Assembly: GCA_964408485.1 (NCBI GenBank)
Contig: CAYOZJ010000005.1
Span: 13,203 to 77,202, forward strand
Reading direction: 5' to 3'
Length of the DNA: 64,000 bases
From: an uncultured Gammaproteobacteria bacterium
GTDB taxonomy: Bacteria; Patescibacteriota; Microgenomatia; Levybacterales; UBA12049
In this document: positions 17,768 to 26,664 of the stretch, one piece after another
Numbering within the stretch: the first letter of the stretch is position 1
Layout: each line of letters begins with the position of its first letter
The notes under the pieces: model-generated
Seen by the model: the letters and a program-made list of their open reading frames with translations, nothing else
What the model was told of the DNA's origin: nothing
The model's database searches: none
Translations under genes and position numbers: made by a program

Positions 17768-18784
17768 CTATTTTTTAGATATGGATCTCTTATAGAGCTC
17801 AATATTCTCTAGTGCAACGCCTGTCCCACGCACAACACACAAAAGAGCATCTTCTGCTACGTGACACGGGACGCCGGTGAGATGTGTCATAAATTTATCC
17901 AGATTATGAAGCAAACTCGTACCTCCACTCATAACAATTCCTTTATCTATAATGTCAGATGCCAACTCAGGAGGTGTATCCTCAAGTACCAGCTTCACTC
18001 CATTCACTATGTCAGTGATAGGCTCGAGGATTGCCTCATTAACTTGAAGCTCAGTCATTTCTATGGTCCGGGGAAGTCCAGTTATGCTATCACGGCCACG
18101 AATTTCCATTTTCTTTGGGTCTTTTTTTTCTGCTTCTGTCGGATATGCATTCCCAATGGTTATTTTTATTTCCTCAGATGTACGCTCTCCTATAAGGAGA
18201 TTAAATTTCTTTCGCGTATAGGTTGCAATTGCCTCATCTATTTTATTTCCCCCAACCCTAACACTATTATGAACAACCACTCCACCTAAAGAAATAACTG
18301 CAGCCTCTGTACTACCTCCTCCAATATCTACAACCATATGTCCTGCAGCTTGTGCAATAGGAATTTTTGCACCAATTGCAGCAGCGAGTGGCTCTTCTAT
18401 TAGATATGCTGCCTTTGCACCGGCTGCCATTGTTGCATCCAAAACAGCCCGTCTTTCTACCTGCGTAACGCCAGATGGAATACAAATCATAACCTCGGGC
18501 TTAAAAAAGCGGGACTTGCCACAGGCTTTGTCGATAAAATAAGAAAGCATTGCCTCGGTTATGGTGTAATCGGCAATCACACCATCTCGCATGGGGCGTT
18601 GAGCAACAATATTTCCAGGTGTTCTGCCAAGCATCTCCTTTGCTTCTTTACCAACAGCAACAACACGATTATCCTCAGCAGTTACCGCAACAACCGTTGG
18701 CTCATTTAAGACAATTCCCTCTCCTGCTAAATAGACAAGTGTATTAGCAGTACCAAGATCTATTCCTACTCTTTTGCTAAACAT
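17768..18784 (-). CDS. mreB: Rod shape-determining protein MreB/Mbl
   Basis: GIDLGTANT, EPTVVA, DIGGGSTE, TPPELASDI, SGG.SLL. Confidence 0.95.
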   Translation of the reverse strand: MFSKRVGIDLGTANTLVYLAGEGIVLNEPTVVAVTAEDNRVVAVGKEAKEMLGRTPGNIVAQRPMRDGVIADYTITEAMLSYFIDKACGKSRFFKPEVMICIPSGVTQVERRAVLDATMAAGAKAAYLIEEPLAAAIGAKIPIAQAAGHMVVDIGGGSTEAAVISLGGVVVHNSVRVGGNKIDEAIATYTRKKFNLLIGERTSEEIKITIGNAYPTEAEKKDPKKMEIRGRDSITGLPRTIEMTELQVNEAILEPITDIVNGVKLVLEDTPPELASDIIDKGIVMSGGTSLLHNLDKFMTHLTGVPCHVAEDALLCVVRGTGVALENIELYKRSISKK

Positions 18785-18791
18785 ATATAAA

Positions 18792-18904
18792 AATTTCTAA
18801 TTACTAATTTCTAATTGACCTAATCAAATCTCAAATCCGAATTTTCCAATTGTGCCATTTGTGCTTTTTTAGAAATTAGATTAATTAGGTGAATTAGGTT
18901 AATT
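18792..18904. repeat. ORF-less inverted heptamer/9-mer element (MITE-like), copy 1
   Basis: Aligns end to end with 46473-46587; the arms also occur at 33128-33207. Confidence 0.8.
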
Positions 18905-19023
18905 GATAATATCAAAAGCTATTGTTTCTATATCACTTTTGTTTACTAGCTTTGATATTACTTGAGTATATACAGCTTACATTTTTCTTGCAAGCTATTC
19001 TTTTAGTAGGTATAATAAGCCAT

Positions 19024-20223
19024 ATGCGTCGGCAAATCCTTATATCTTTCTTCATACTTCTCTTCCTAGGAATTGGCACCCTCATTGCTGTTTTCTATGG
19101 CAGGGGCTATAGAATTGACTTATCTGGCAGTAAAGGAATACTGAAAGGTTCAGGGCTTCTTGTAGCAACAAGTACTCCAGACGGCGCGCAGGTTTTGGTG
19201 AATGAGCATTTAACAACCGCAACCAACAATACAATAAATCTTGCACCAGGAACGTATAAAGTCCGTATCTTTAAAGATGGTTATTTCCCTTGGGAAAAAA
19301 CAATTACTGTCCAAGAAGAAGTGGTAAGCAAAGCAGAAGCGCTCCTTTTCCCAACAACACCAAAATTAGAGAGTATTACGGCAACAGGCGCGTTAAATCC
19401 CGCAATTGATCCATCTATGACCAAAATTGCCTATGCTGTCGCCAGTCAGTCTGCTACAAAAAATGGTGTCTATGTATTAGATATGGCTAATAGATCGCTT
19501 CTCAACCTTCAAAATAATGCAACCCAAATTTCTGATGGGACTGTTGTTGATTTTACGCAGGCAAATTTATCTTGGTCACCTGACGGAAAGCAAATTCTTG
19601 CAAGCATAACTCCAACAGGAACAACGAGGCCTACTATATATCTTTTGGATACATCTAAAATGAATACGACACCTCAAGATGTCACAGAAACTATTGCTAC
19701 TGTTAATACTAACTGGGAAAAGATCGCAACAGAAAAAGAAACAGCACAACTCAATACGCTCAAACCTACACTTAAGCTATTTGCAATGCAAAACATGGCA
19801 AATCTCCAGTGGTCGCCAGATGAAACAAAGTTTTTCTATACTGCATCAGAATCTGGCTTACTACAACAAATAATAACACCAAAGATTATTGGCGCTGACT
19901 CTGTCCAGGAAGACAGGAATCTGGTAAAAGGAAATGCCTACCTGTATGACACGAAGGAAGACAAAAACTTCCTTATTGTTAAGGCAGAAGATGTAGTTGG
20001 TCAAAAAATTATGTGGTTTCCTGATAGTAAGCATCTTATTGTTGTCCACAACAAGCGAGTTGATATTCGTGAATATGACGGAGCAAACAATACAACAATC
20101 TATGCAGGACCATTTATTGATAGTGACGGCTTCCCATGGCCAACAGGAGATAATATTGTAGTGTTAACCAATCTAGGCAATTCTGATATTCAACCAAATC
20201 TCTACACCATATCGCTTAAGTAA
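19024..20223 (+). CDS. PEGA-domain / TolB-like beta-propeller membrane-anchored protein
   Basis: N-terminal TM, S.PDGA.V, L.PG.Y.VRI.KDGY.PW.K, WSPDG repeats; TTGCAA-N17-TATAAT then ATG 19024. Confidence 0.8.
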   Translation: MRRQILISFFILLFLGIGTLIAVFYGRGYRIDLSGSKGILKGSGLLVATSTPDGAQVLVNEHLTTATNNTINLAPGTYKVRIFKDGYFPWEKTITVQEEVVSKAEALLFPTTPKLESITATGALNPAIDPSMTKIAYAVASQSATKNGVYVLDMANRSLLNLQNNATQISDGTVVDFTQANLSWSPDGKQILASITPTGTTRPTIYLLDTSKMNTTPQDVTETIATVNTNWEKIATEKETAQLNTLKPTLKLFAMQNMANLQWSPDETKFFYTASESGLLQQIITPKIIGADSVQEDRNLVKGNAYLYDTKEDKNFLIVKAEDVVGQKIMWFPDSKHLIVVHNKRVDIREYDGANNTTIYAGPFIDSDGFPWPTGDNIVVLTNLGNSDIQPNLYTISLK

Positions 20224-20237
20224 CTTAGTGAATCTTG

Positions 20238-20309
20238 CGTCCCCGGGCAGAATTGAACTGCCATTGGGCCCTTAGGACGGGTCTGTTCTATCCGTTAAAC
20301 TACAGGGAC
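20238..20309 (-). tRNA. tRNA-Arg(CCT)
   Basis: Cloverleaf gtccctg/cggggac, anticodon loop gtCCTaa, T-loop gttcaattc; CCA not encoded. Confidence 0.85.
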
Positions 20310-20323
20310 ACGTGTGCGCTGAG

Positions 20324-20395
20324 TCGGGGTGCTGGGAATTGAACCCAGTGTCTCTTAGTCCCGAACCAAGCGTGATACCGATTCACTACACCCCG
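20324..20395 (-). tRNA. tRNA-Pro(CGG)
   Basis: cggggtg/caccccg acceptor stem, cttgg-ttCGGga-ctaag, gggttcaattccc. Confidence 0.92.
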
Positions 20396-20461
20396 AGTCT
20401 TTGTATTTTACTTCTATTGTGACTAAAATGAAATGAGTTACTTAAGTCACTTAAGATACTT

Positions 20462-21019
20462 ATGAGTTTTCCTAAATACAAATATCTTCTTACCTATCGG
20501 TATAGCGAGATCATTGTTGACTTAAATGTACAGTTTTGTGAGAAATTCCTGGCTGGATTTGATTATAGACGTACTCGAGAACAAATGATTCAAGCCGGAA
20601 GATCGGGCAAGCAAAATATTATTGAAGGCGTGAGCGATGCTCGCACATCAACACATGTCGAATTGAAACTACTGGGAGTTGCTAATGGGTCTTTGGAAGA
20701 ATTACTGGCAGATTATGAGGACTTTTTGAGACAAAGAAAACTAGAAATATGGGCGAAGGATGACCAAAGAATTCTTGTTTTTCGAAGAAAAGCATTTGAT
20801 CTAAGTAACCTAAGAAACTTAAGTACCTTAGGTGAGCTTATAGAAAAGCCAATTTTGCCAGAAAATCCAGAGCAAGCTACCAATTTTCTTCTGACTCTTC
20901 TTCACCAAGCAACCTATCTTCTATCAAGACAAATCAAAGCTGCTGAGGAAAAATTTATTAAAAACGGTGGCTATACTGAAAACCTTTTGAAGAAAAGACT
21001 GAATGCAAGAAAAAAGTAA
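20462..21019 (+). CDS. Four helix bundle suffix-domain family protein
   Basis: RTREQMIQAGRSGKQNI.EG, ELKL..VA.GSLEELL.DYEDFLRQR, F...GGYTE.L; internal 9-mer repeats (LSNLRNLSTL). Confidence 0.85.
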   Translation: MSFPKYKYLLTYRYSEIIVDLNVQFCEKFLAGFDYRRTREQMIQAGRSGKQNIIEGVSDARTSTHVELKLLGVANGSLEELLADYEDFLRQRKLEIWAKDDQRILVFRRKAFDLSNLRNLSTLGELIEKPILPENPEQATNFLLTLLHQATYLLSRQIKAAEEKFIKNGGYTENLLKKRLNARKK

Positions 21020-21041
21020 ATTCCCAGCACTCCGACACAGA

Positions 21042-22229
21042 TTATGCAGTTTGTTGTTTCTCGCGAAGCATCCTAATTGCCATATCCAAAACCATTCCTG
21101 CTGCATGATAATTAAGAAGTCTTGCTTTATGCAGGGTAAATATTTCTTCTGGCGTTGCCATATAAATTTTTCCATCTTGCGTTAATTTCTCAATAACATC
21201 ATCTGGTAGAGGTGGAAATTCTATTGCCAAATTTTTCGAATTAAGTCGATTTGCATCTGCATAAGGCAATGGCTCAGGTCTTACCTCATCTGCTGTTGCT
21301 TCCGGAGTAATAAGAAGACTTGGTTCGATAAGTAAATCGGTAAATTGCTTTCCTTCTGGTACAGTTGCTGCCAAGACATTACTCAGTGGATCATCTGTTA
21401 TCCCTCCTGCTGCAATTGTATTAAGCTTACTGACTGATGTTTGAACTGGTGTTCTGACAAGGGCATGCATATCAGAGTGTGCTCCTGGCTCTTGCTCTAA
21501 GGCAATAGCAATACGTCCTTGACTATCACGGAGGAGTGCAACAAAACCACTTACGGCAATCTCTTTAATACCATTAGGAGTCCAAATACTAACAAGTTCG
21601 GGCTTCTGATCAATAATTGGCTGCCACCATTCCAATACAACCTTGTCTTGACCATTTTCATCTTTTGCATGGCTTCCATCTACATTAAGTTGATATTTCG
21701 TAACGAGTAACCCTTTTACATCAAATGCACTGCCCTTCTCGCCACTAGATTGAATCTCGCCAACTATCTTTTCTCCGTTTTGATTATAAGAAACATATAA
21801 CGCGTGAGGAATATTTCTACCTCCCTTTCCACTATCTTCAACATACCTAATAAGTCCAGGGTCTATTTGATTGTCTACTTGTATTTTTGCATCTTCTGGT
21901 AATGTATCCGTGCTAATGGGACTTACTGAAAATGCTCGCTCCCATCCCCTTTGGGGTACATCGGTTTCCTGAATAACCATTTCAGGAAGTGCTTTCATAC
22001 GCTCCCCAAGCCATCCATTAAGCTCTGGTGTTCCTTCTTTTTGCAAAACATCGCGCATATATGGCTGGACAAATTCTTCACTAAATCTTTTAAGCGCCTC
22101 GGTTTTCCTTTGCATCTCAACGGATATAACTGGTTCTGACTTCATTGACATAACCGGTGCGGGCATAATATCGCCTCTTTGTTGTAATGGCTTTATTCCA
22201 AATTGTTGAGGTCCTTTTCCTTCTACCAT
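21042..22229 (-). CDS. Protein with a divergent NDP-hexose 2,3-dehydratase-like (Nudix-fold) domain
   Basis: G..F.V.G..V, WWQPIIDQ, EQEPG, TPVQTS recall that family's motifs; leaderless TATAAT. Confidence 0.5.
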   Translation of the reverse strand: MVEGKGPQQFGIKPLQQRGDIMPAPVMSMKSEPVISVEMQRKTEALKRFSEEFVQPYMRDVLQKEGTPELNGWLGERMKALPEMVIQETDVPQRGWERAFSVSPISTDTLPEDAKIQVDNQIDPGLIRYVEDSGKGGRNIPHALYVSYNQNGEKIVGEIQSSGEKGSAFDVKGLLVTKYQLNVDGSHAKDENGQDKVVLEWWQPIIDQKPELVSIWTPNGIKEIAVSGFVALLRDSQGRIAIALEQEPGAHSDMHALVRTPVQTSVSKLNTIAAGGITDDPLSNVLAATVPEGKQFTDLLIEPSLLITPEATADEVRPEPLPYADANRLNSKNLAIEFPPLPDDVIEKLTQDGKIYMATPEEIFTLHKARLLNYHAAGMVLDMAIRMLREKQQTA

Positions 22230-22345
22230 AGATTAATTATATCATTTTCAGCTTGAAAATTGAGTAAAAACCTGCGATGATAGAACAACCTCACCCCAAC
22301 CCTCTCCTAAAAGGAGAGGGAGATCAAAGTGAAGAATTTATTTAT

Positions 22346-23119
22346 ATGGAGCCAAAGCTTACTAAAGACGAGAAAAAAGCGCTTCGCCAAGAGGAATGGA
22401 GAGAAAAAGCAGATAAGGAAAGAAAAAACAGGGTTTACAAAATAATTGCAATTTGGTCTTTGGGTGGCATGCTTCTTATTCTGGCTCTTTGGGCATTAGT
22501 TGCTTTTTCTACTGGAACAACAACATCCTCGTCGGGACCAACACTCACCGCGCCCAAAGTAACTTCGAGTGATTTTCAATCCAATCCTAACCCTTCGACA
22601 AGCTCAGGGAAGATTGTCACCCTTATTGAATATGCAGATTTTCAATGTCCAGCGTGTAAATCATACTATCCAATTGTTAAGCAAATTCAGACAATGTATG
22701 GGACGAGATTAAATTTTGTGTATAGATTTTTCCCACTTAAAAGTGTCCATCAAAATGCTGTTAATAGCGCAAAAGCAGCATATGCAGCAGGCTTGCAAAA
22801 GGATGCATCGAATGGTGCGTCCCAAGGAAAATTCTGGGAAATGCATGATAGATTATTTGAAACGCAGGATAGTTGGGCAACCGTTACTAATCCTGAGTCA
22901 ATCTTTCTTGGCTATGCAAAAGATTTAGGACTTAATAATGATGAATTTAAGAAAGATTATGAGGCACAAGCAACAGCTGATTTTATTGACCAATCGTATA
23001 GCAATGATACTGCAATGGGATTAAATAGCACACCAACATTTTTTGTTAATAACAAGCAAATTGATAATCCACAAAGCTTAGATGACTTTAAAAAGTTGAT
23101 TGATGAAGCAATAAAATAG
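22346..23119 (+). CDS. DsbA/thioredoxin-fold oxidoreductase with two in-frame hairpin insertions
   Basis: EYADFQCPAC, YRFFPL..H, GKFWEMHD.LF, STPTFF.N; ATG 22346 preferred because upstream PHPNPLLKGEG is a repeat. Confidence 0.9.
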   Translation: MEPKLTKDEKKALRQEEWREKADKERKNRVYKIIAIWSLGGMLLILALWALVAFSTGTTTSSSGPTLTAPKVTSSDFQSNPNPSTSSGKIVTLIEYADFQCPACKSYYPIVKQIQTMYGTRLNFVYRFFPLKSVHQNAVNSAKAAYAAGLQKDASNGASQGKFWEMHDRLFETQDSWATVTNPESIFLGYAKDLGLNNDEFKKDYEAQATADFIDQSYSNDTAMGLNSTPTFFVNNKQIDNPQSLDDFKKLIDEAIK

Positions 23120-23120
23120 A

Positions 23121-23176
23121 CCCTTCGACAAGCTCAGGGATAATTTTTTCCTGAGCGAACGAAGTGAGTCGAAGGA
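23121..23176. repeat. Intergenic cccttcgacaagctcaggg / cctgagc..tcgaagg REP-like pair
   Basis: 19-mer identical to 22591-22609 inside dsbA. Confidence 0.85.
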
Positions 23177-23183
23177 TTTTTAT

Positions 23184-23711
23184 ATGGATGACTATTCGTT
23201 GAAAAAGTTTTTTACCTCTCCTTTTCCGATAAAAGTACTCCCCTACTTATTACTTATCTTTGCTGCTTTAGGGTTTTTGGATGCAGGATATCTTACTATT
23301 CAACACTACCAACATGCTATTCCTCCATGCACTGTTGGAGGCTGTGAGACAGTCTTAACAAGCAGTTTTGCCACAGTTGCAGGTATTCCCCTCGCACTTT
23401 TGGGAGTTGGGTTTTATCTAGCCATATTGGTTCTAACAGGAATTTTTATAAGCTTTCGTCATTCTGGGGACGAACAACGTGAGGACTCCAGAATCTCAAA
23501 CAACCCAGATTCTGGACGCACTACGTTTGCCAGAATGACAGTTACTATTCTCTTTACTCTCTGTTCTCTCGGCCTCTTGGTTGGCCTGGGACTTATTGCT
23601 CTTCAAGCATTTATTCTCCATGCATGGTGTTATTATTGTCTATTTTCCGAGCTGATTGATTTTCTACTGTTTGACACAGCATGGTGGCTGTGGAATAATA
23701 ATCGCGCATGA
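23184..23711 (+). CDS. Vitamin K epoxide reductase (VKOR) family protein with in-frame palindrome (23457-23540)
   Basis: C.VGGC..VL.S, GIP.A.LG..FY, WCYYC; adjacent to dsbA. Confidence 0.9.
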   Translation: MDDYSLKKFFTSPFPIKVLPYLLLIFAALGFLDAGYLTIQHYQHAIPPCTVGGCETVLTSSFATVAGIPLALLGVGFYLAILVLTGIFISFRHSGDEQREDSRISNNPDSGRTTFARMTVTILFTLCSLGLLVGLGLIALQAFILHAWCYYCLFSELIDFLLFDTAWWLWNNNRA

Positions 23712-23929
23712 CAGGTGAAGCCACCCCAAGAGAACCAGGAGCTATTGACGCACAACAAAGAGCAACTCGCCATTTAAGACGTTTAGAAATAGGGAATAAG
23801 CACAATGCAGGAATAGGTATAGAGGGAATGAAGCAGAGAGTCGAGCGTACAAGAAAACAAGGAGAAATAGTTAGAATTTACCAAGACTTACACAGTTCTC
23901 CTGAGGATCCAAATCCACCTGCAGCCTAA
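23708..23929 (+). CDS. Small orphan protein
   Basis: ATGA overlap with the VKOR stop. Confidence 0.5.
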   Translation: MTGEATPREPGAIDAQQRATRHLRRLEIGNKHNAGIGIEGMKQRVERTRKQGEIVRIYQDLHSSPEDPNPPAA

Positions 23930-23931
23930 AA

Positions 23932-24396
23932 TTATTTTAATTCTTCTTCTGAGTACACCTGAGACATGTCCATTTTTGCCCAAGGGAAAATTTCATCATC
24001 CTTAAAAAGAAGTCCTTTTTCTTTTTGCGCATGCTCTGCAGATTCAGATGCATGAATTAAGTTATATTGCTGACTCATACCAAAGTCTCCCCGAATTGTC
24101 CCAGGCTGTGCATCTCGCGCTTTGGTAACACCAATCATTGTGCGTACTGTAGTAGCAGCATCTTTTCCTTCCCACACCATAGCAACAACTGGGTATGACT
24201 GCATATAGTCACGAAGAGACGGAAAAAATGGCTTATCTTTGTGATGCACATACCACTCTTCAAGAAGATCTGAGCTAAGGTTAACCATCTTTAAAGCGGT
24301 TAAGTGAAGACCTTTTCTTTCAAATCTGTGTATGACCTCGCCAATGAGTGCTCTTTGTACTCCGTCTGGCTTAACGAGTACTACTGTTTGTTCCAT
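23932..24396 (-). CDS. ndk: Nucleoside diphosphate kinase
   Basis: MEQT.VLVKPDGVQR.LIGE, PGTIRGDF, NLIHASES; start corrected to 24396. Confidence 0.95.
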   Translation of the reverse strand: MEQTVVLVKPDGVQRALIGEVIHRFERKGLHLTALKMVNLSSDLLEEWYVHHKDKPFFPSLRDYMQSYPVVAMVWEGKDAATTVRTMIGVTKARDAQPGTIRGDFGMSQQYNLIHASESAEHAQKEKGLLFKDDEIFPWAKMDMSQVYSEEELK

Positions 24397-24409
24397 ACAA
24401 TCTATTTTT

Positions 24410-24922
24410 TCATGTTTGGTCTTTATTTGCAAGCGGCTTAAACCCTCTTCCTCCTTTTTGCGCCTGCCTTCTGGCATTTTGTCGACGTACATCTTGTAAG
24501 TCTTCCTGCATACCTGCTTTTACTGCTGCGTCTACGTGGTTTTGATAAACAACAGGACTTTTCCAACTTTCCTCGGTGCCTTTCCTCTGTCGTATAGAAG
24601 CAGAAGGAACACTGGGATATCTTTTTGTCACCTCAGGCAAATGAGCACGTAAACTACTCTCTGATACACCCAATGCACTTGCAATTTGACTATTTGTTTT
24701 AAAAGAATGCAATTGATCTGCAATAAGCGGGTAAGATCTCTCCCAATCTATGGCTATAGATGCCTGAGGAACGTCAGGGTGTATCATTCTCACTTCCGGC
24801 ACGTGACGCTTCACATTGCTTTTGGAAATTCCTAACTCATCTGCAATTTGTTGCCTTGTTTTATTAGAACGTAACCCCTGAGCTATGATTTGATATCTCT
24901 TATTTCGCTCTGAAAGTCTCAT
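24410..24922 (-). CDS. Tandem-HTH protein, array member 5
   Basis: KTRQQIADELGISKSNVKRH and KTNSQIASALGVSESSLRAH. Confidence 0.7.
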   Translation of the reverse strand: MRLSERNKRYQIIAQGLRSNKTRQQIADELGISKSNVKRHVPEVRMIHPDVPQASIAIDWERSYPLIADQLHSFKTNSQIASALGVSESSLRAHLPEVTKRYPSVPSASIRQRKGTEESWKSPVVYQNHVDAAVKAGMQEDLQDVRRQNARRQAQKGGRGFKPLANKDQT

Positions 24923-24930
24923 TTAATGAT

Positions 24931-25359
24931 TTATCTTTGCCTCTCTTGCCTTTGTTGTCTATTTTCCACTTCTCGTCTTGTTGCGGCGGCTCTTTTTGTT
25001 TGCAACCCTTTCTGTGCTGCTGCAACACGTTGCTCATAGGTTTGAGACTGCCTTATTTTATCTCCAAACTTCTTTTGCTCCTCTTCGCTCATATTTTTCC
25101 ACCATTCCCTGGTTTGCTTACCAACATGAGCTCTCTGTTCCTCTGTCCATATGCCCTTTGGTGCATTTGGAAGTCGTTTTTCGCGAATAAGTCTCCTATA
25201 CCGATCCTCTGTTGCGCTGCTTGAACGATTGATTTCCCTAGCGATTTTCGCTACTGGCCACCCCATCCCTTTTAGACGAATCACCTCACTATCTAGAAAT
25301 GCTTCTTCTTCATCTGTTCGTTGCATATTATTTCCTTCTTGGCCTCCCTTTTGCTTCAT
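24931..25359 (-). CDS. HTH plus basic helical tail protein, array member 4 (true start may be the second Met)
   Basis: GWPVAKIAREINRSSSATEDR; REWWKNMSEEE. Confidence 0.65.
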   Translation of the reverse strand: MKQKGGQEGNNMQRTDEEEAFLDSEVIRLKGMGWPVAKIAREINRSSSATEDRYRRLIREKRLPNAPKGIWTEEQRAHVGKQTREWWKNMSEEEQKKFGDKIRQSQTYEQRVAAAQKGLQTKRAAATRREVENRQQRQERQR

Positions 25360-25831
25360 GTCCTTTTTTAGCCGCTGCAGCTCTATTTTCCCGAGTTCGA
25401 CGAGTCTGAGCAGCTCTTATCGCATCCTTTGCTGCTCCTCTTTCCTTATCGGTCATAACATCCCATCTTTTTGCTGCCAGATCTGAAGCTTGATCTCTGT
25501 GCTCTTGTGTTCGTGGGTATGATTTACCTTCAGGGGCAGAAAGAGTACCTTGCTCTCTCAGTTTTCTAACTCTATATTTCACATTATGAATAGGCATTCC
25601 TCCAAGATCGTCGCCAATTTCCTTAAGCGTCCTTCCTGCCACAACTCCCTCCCGGATAATCCTTTCTTCTTCAGGACTAATATCTAGAGGCTTCATTAAG
25701 CCTTGTGTACGACTTTGGTATTGTTGAGGAGATAAATTTCTCCAAGAATCATTGGCTCTTTTTCTATTTCGATTTGAAACAGCAGTTGGCTCTTGAGCAC
25801 TACTCAAACTTTCATTTTTTTTATTTGCCAT
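25328..25831 (-). CDS. HTH plus basic helical tail protein, array member 3
   Basis: GRTLKEIGDDLGG.PIHNVKYRV; KRWDVMTDKER. Confidence 0.65.
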   Translation of the reverse strand: MANKKNESLSSAQEPTAVSNRNRKRANDSWRNLSPQQYQSRTQGLMKPLDISPEEERIIREGVVAGRTLKEIGDDLGGMPIHNVKYRVRKLREQGTLSAPEGKSYPRTQEHRDQASDLAAKRWDVMTDKERGAAKDAIRAAQTRRTRENRAAAAKKGHEAKGRPRRK

Positions 25832-25874
25832 AAGAGACTTAGAAAGATTCTATCAGTTTTTTATCAAAAATATA

Positions 25875-26237
25875 TTACATTTCAGGAGGTTTTCTTTTTC
25901 CTTTCCTCGATATTCTCCCACCTATTCCACCACTCCGTCTTCTATTTGTATGGTATGCTTCATCACCTTTTGCAGCTCGCCTTTTCATCCCGCCAACTGC
26001 TGCATCTCGAAATTCAGAAGACTCTGGTGCCCAAAATCTACTCATGGCATTACTTACTCGCTCGCTTTTATTAGGAAGTAAATCAGGTTCTGTATTTCGA
26101 ATTGAGGCAATACGCCGTATAACTGTGGAGACACTTACATGTAATTCTGAGGCAATTTCTGGATCTGTCTTACCCTCAACGAGAATAAGTCGCTTAATCT
26201 TTTCATCAATATCAGCATCAAGTTTTTTGCCACCCAT
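25875..26237 (-). CDS. HTH plus basic tail protein, array member 2
   Basis: GKTDPEIASELHVSVSTVIRRI; SRFWAPES.EFR. Confidence 0.7.
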   Translation of the reverse strand: MGGKKLDADIDEKIKRLILVEGKTDPEIASELHVSVSTVIRRIASIRNTEPDLLPNKSERVSNAMSRFWAPESSEFRDAAVGGMKRRAAKGDEAYHTNRRRSGGIGGRISRKGKRKPPEM

Positions 26238-26251
26238 ACTGAACCTGTAAT

Positions 26252-26662
26252 TTAGTTAGTAACCTGACCTTGTCTTCGTTTTTGTTGTTTTACTTCTCTT
26301 GCTTTTGCAATATTGGCTCTTAGTTTTGCAGCTTCATCCTCTCTTTCCATTCTCCTCTTCCCTCCAGCTATTCTGTTATCACGCACAGACTCTAATTTTG
26401 ATGCTTCCTGAAGTCCTCTTTGCCAATTCTCCCGCACATCGGGATCTGACCAAGCTCTACTAAGAGAACGCGATCGACGCTTTTCCCACGGAAGTATACC
26501 TTCTACACCACCTTGCTTCATACGCTCTATTCTATACGCAACAGTGTCTGGGTGACGCCTAACTTCTCTACCAATATCTTCAGTACTAAAACCCTGATCA
26601 AGAAGTTCAAGAATTCTCTGATTTATTGGATCATTCGGATCCTCGGCTCTTACTTGAGGCAT
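26252..26662 (-). CDS. HTH plus basic tail protein, array member 1
   Basis: GFSTEDIGREVRRHPDTVAYRI; SRAWSDPDVR. Confidence 0.7.
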   Translation of the reverse strand: MPQVRAEDPNDPINQRILELLDQGFSTEDIGREVRRHPDTVAYRIERMKQGGVEGILPWEKRRSRSLSRAWSDPDVRENWQRGLQEASKLESVRDNRIAGGKRRMEREDEAAKLRANIAKAREVKQQKRRQGQVTN

Positions 26663-26664
26663 AG

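Noticed and set aside
14917-21019. Diversity-generating retroelement (four-helix proteins resemble Avd)
   Set aside because: No reverse transcriptase, and no TR/VR pair with adenine-specific mismatches seen in the window.
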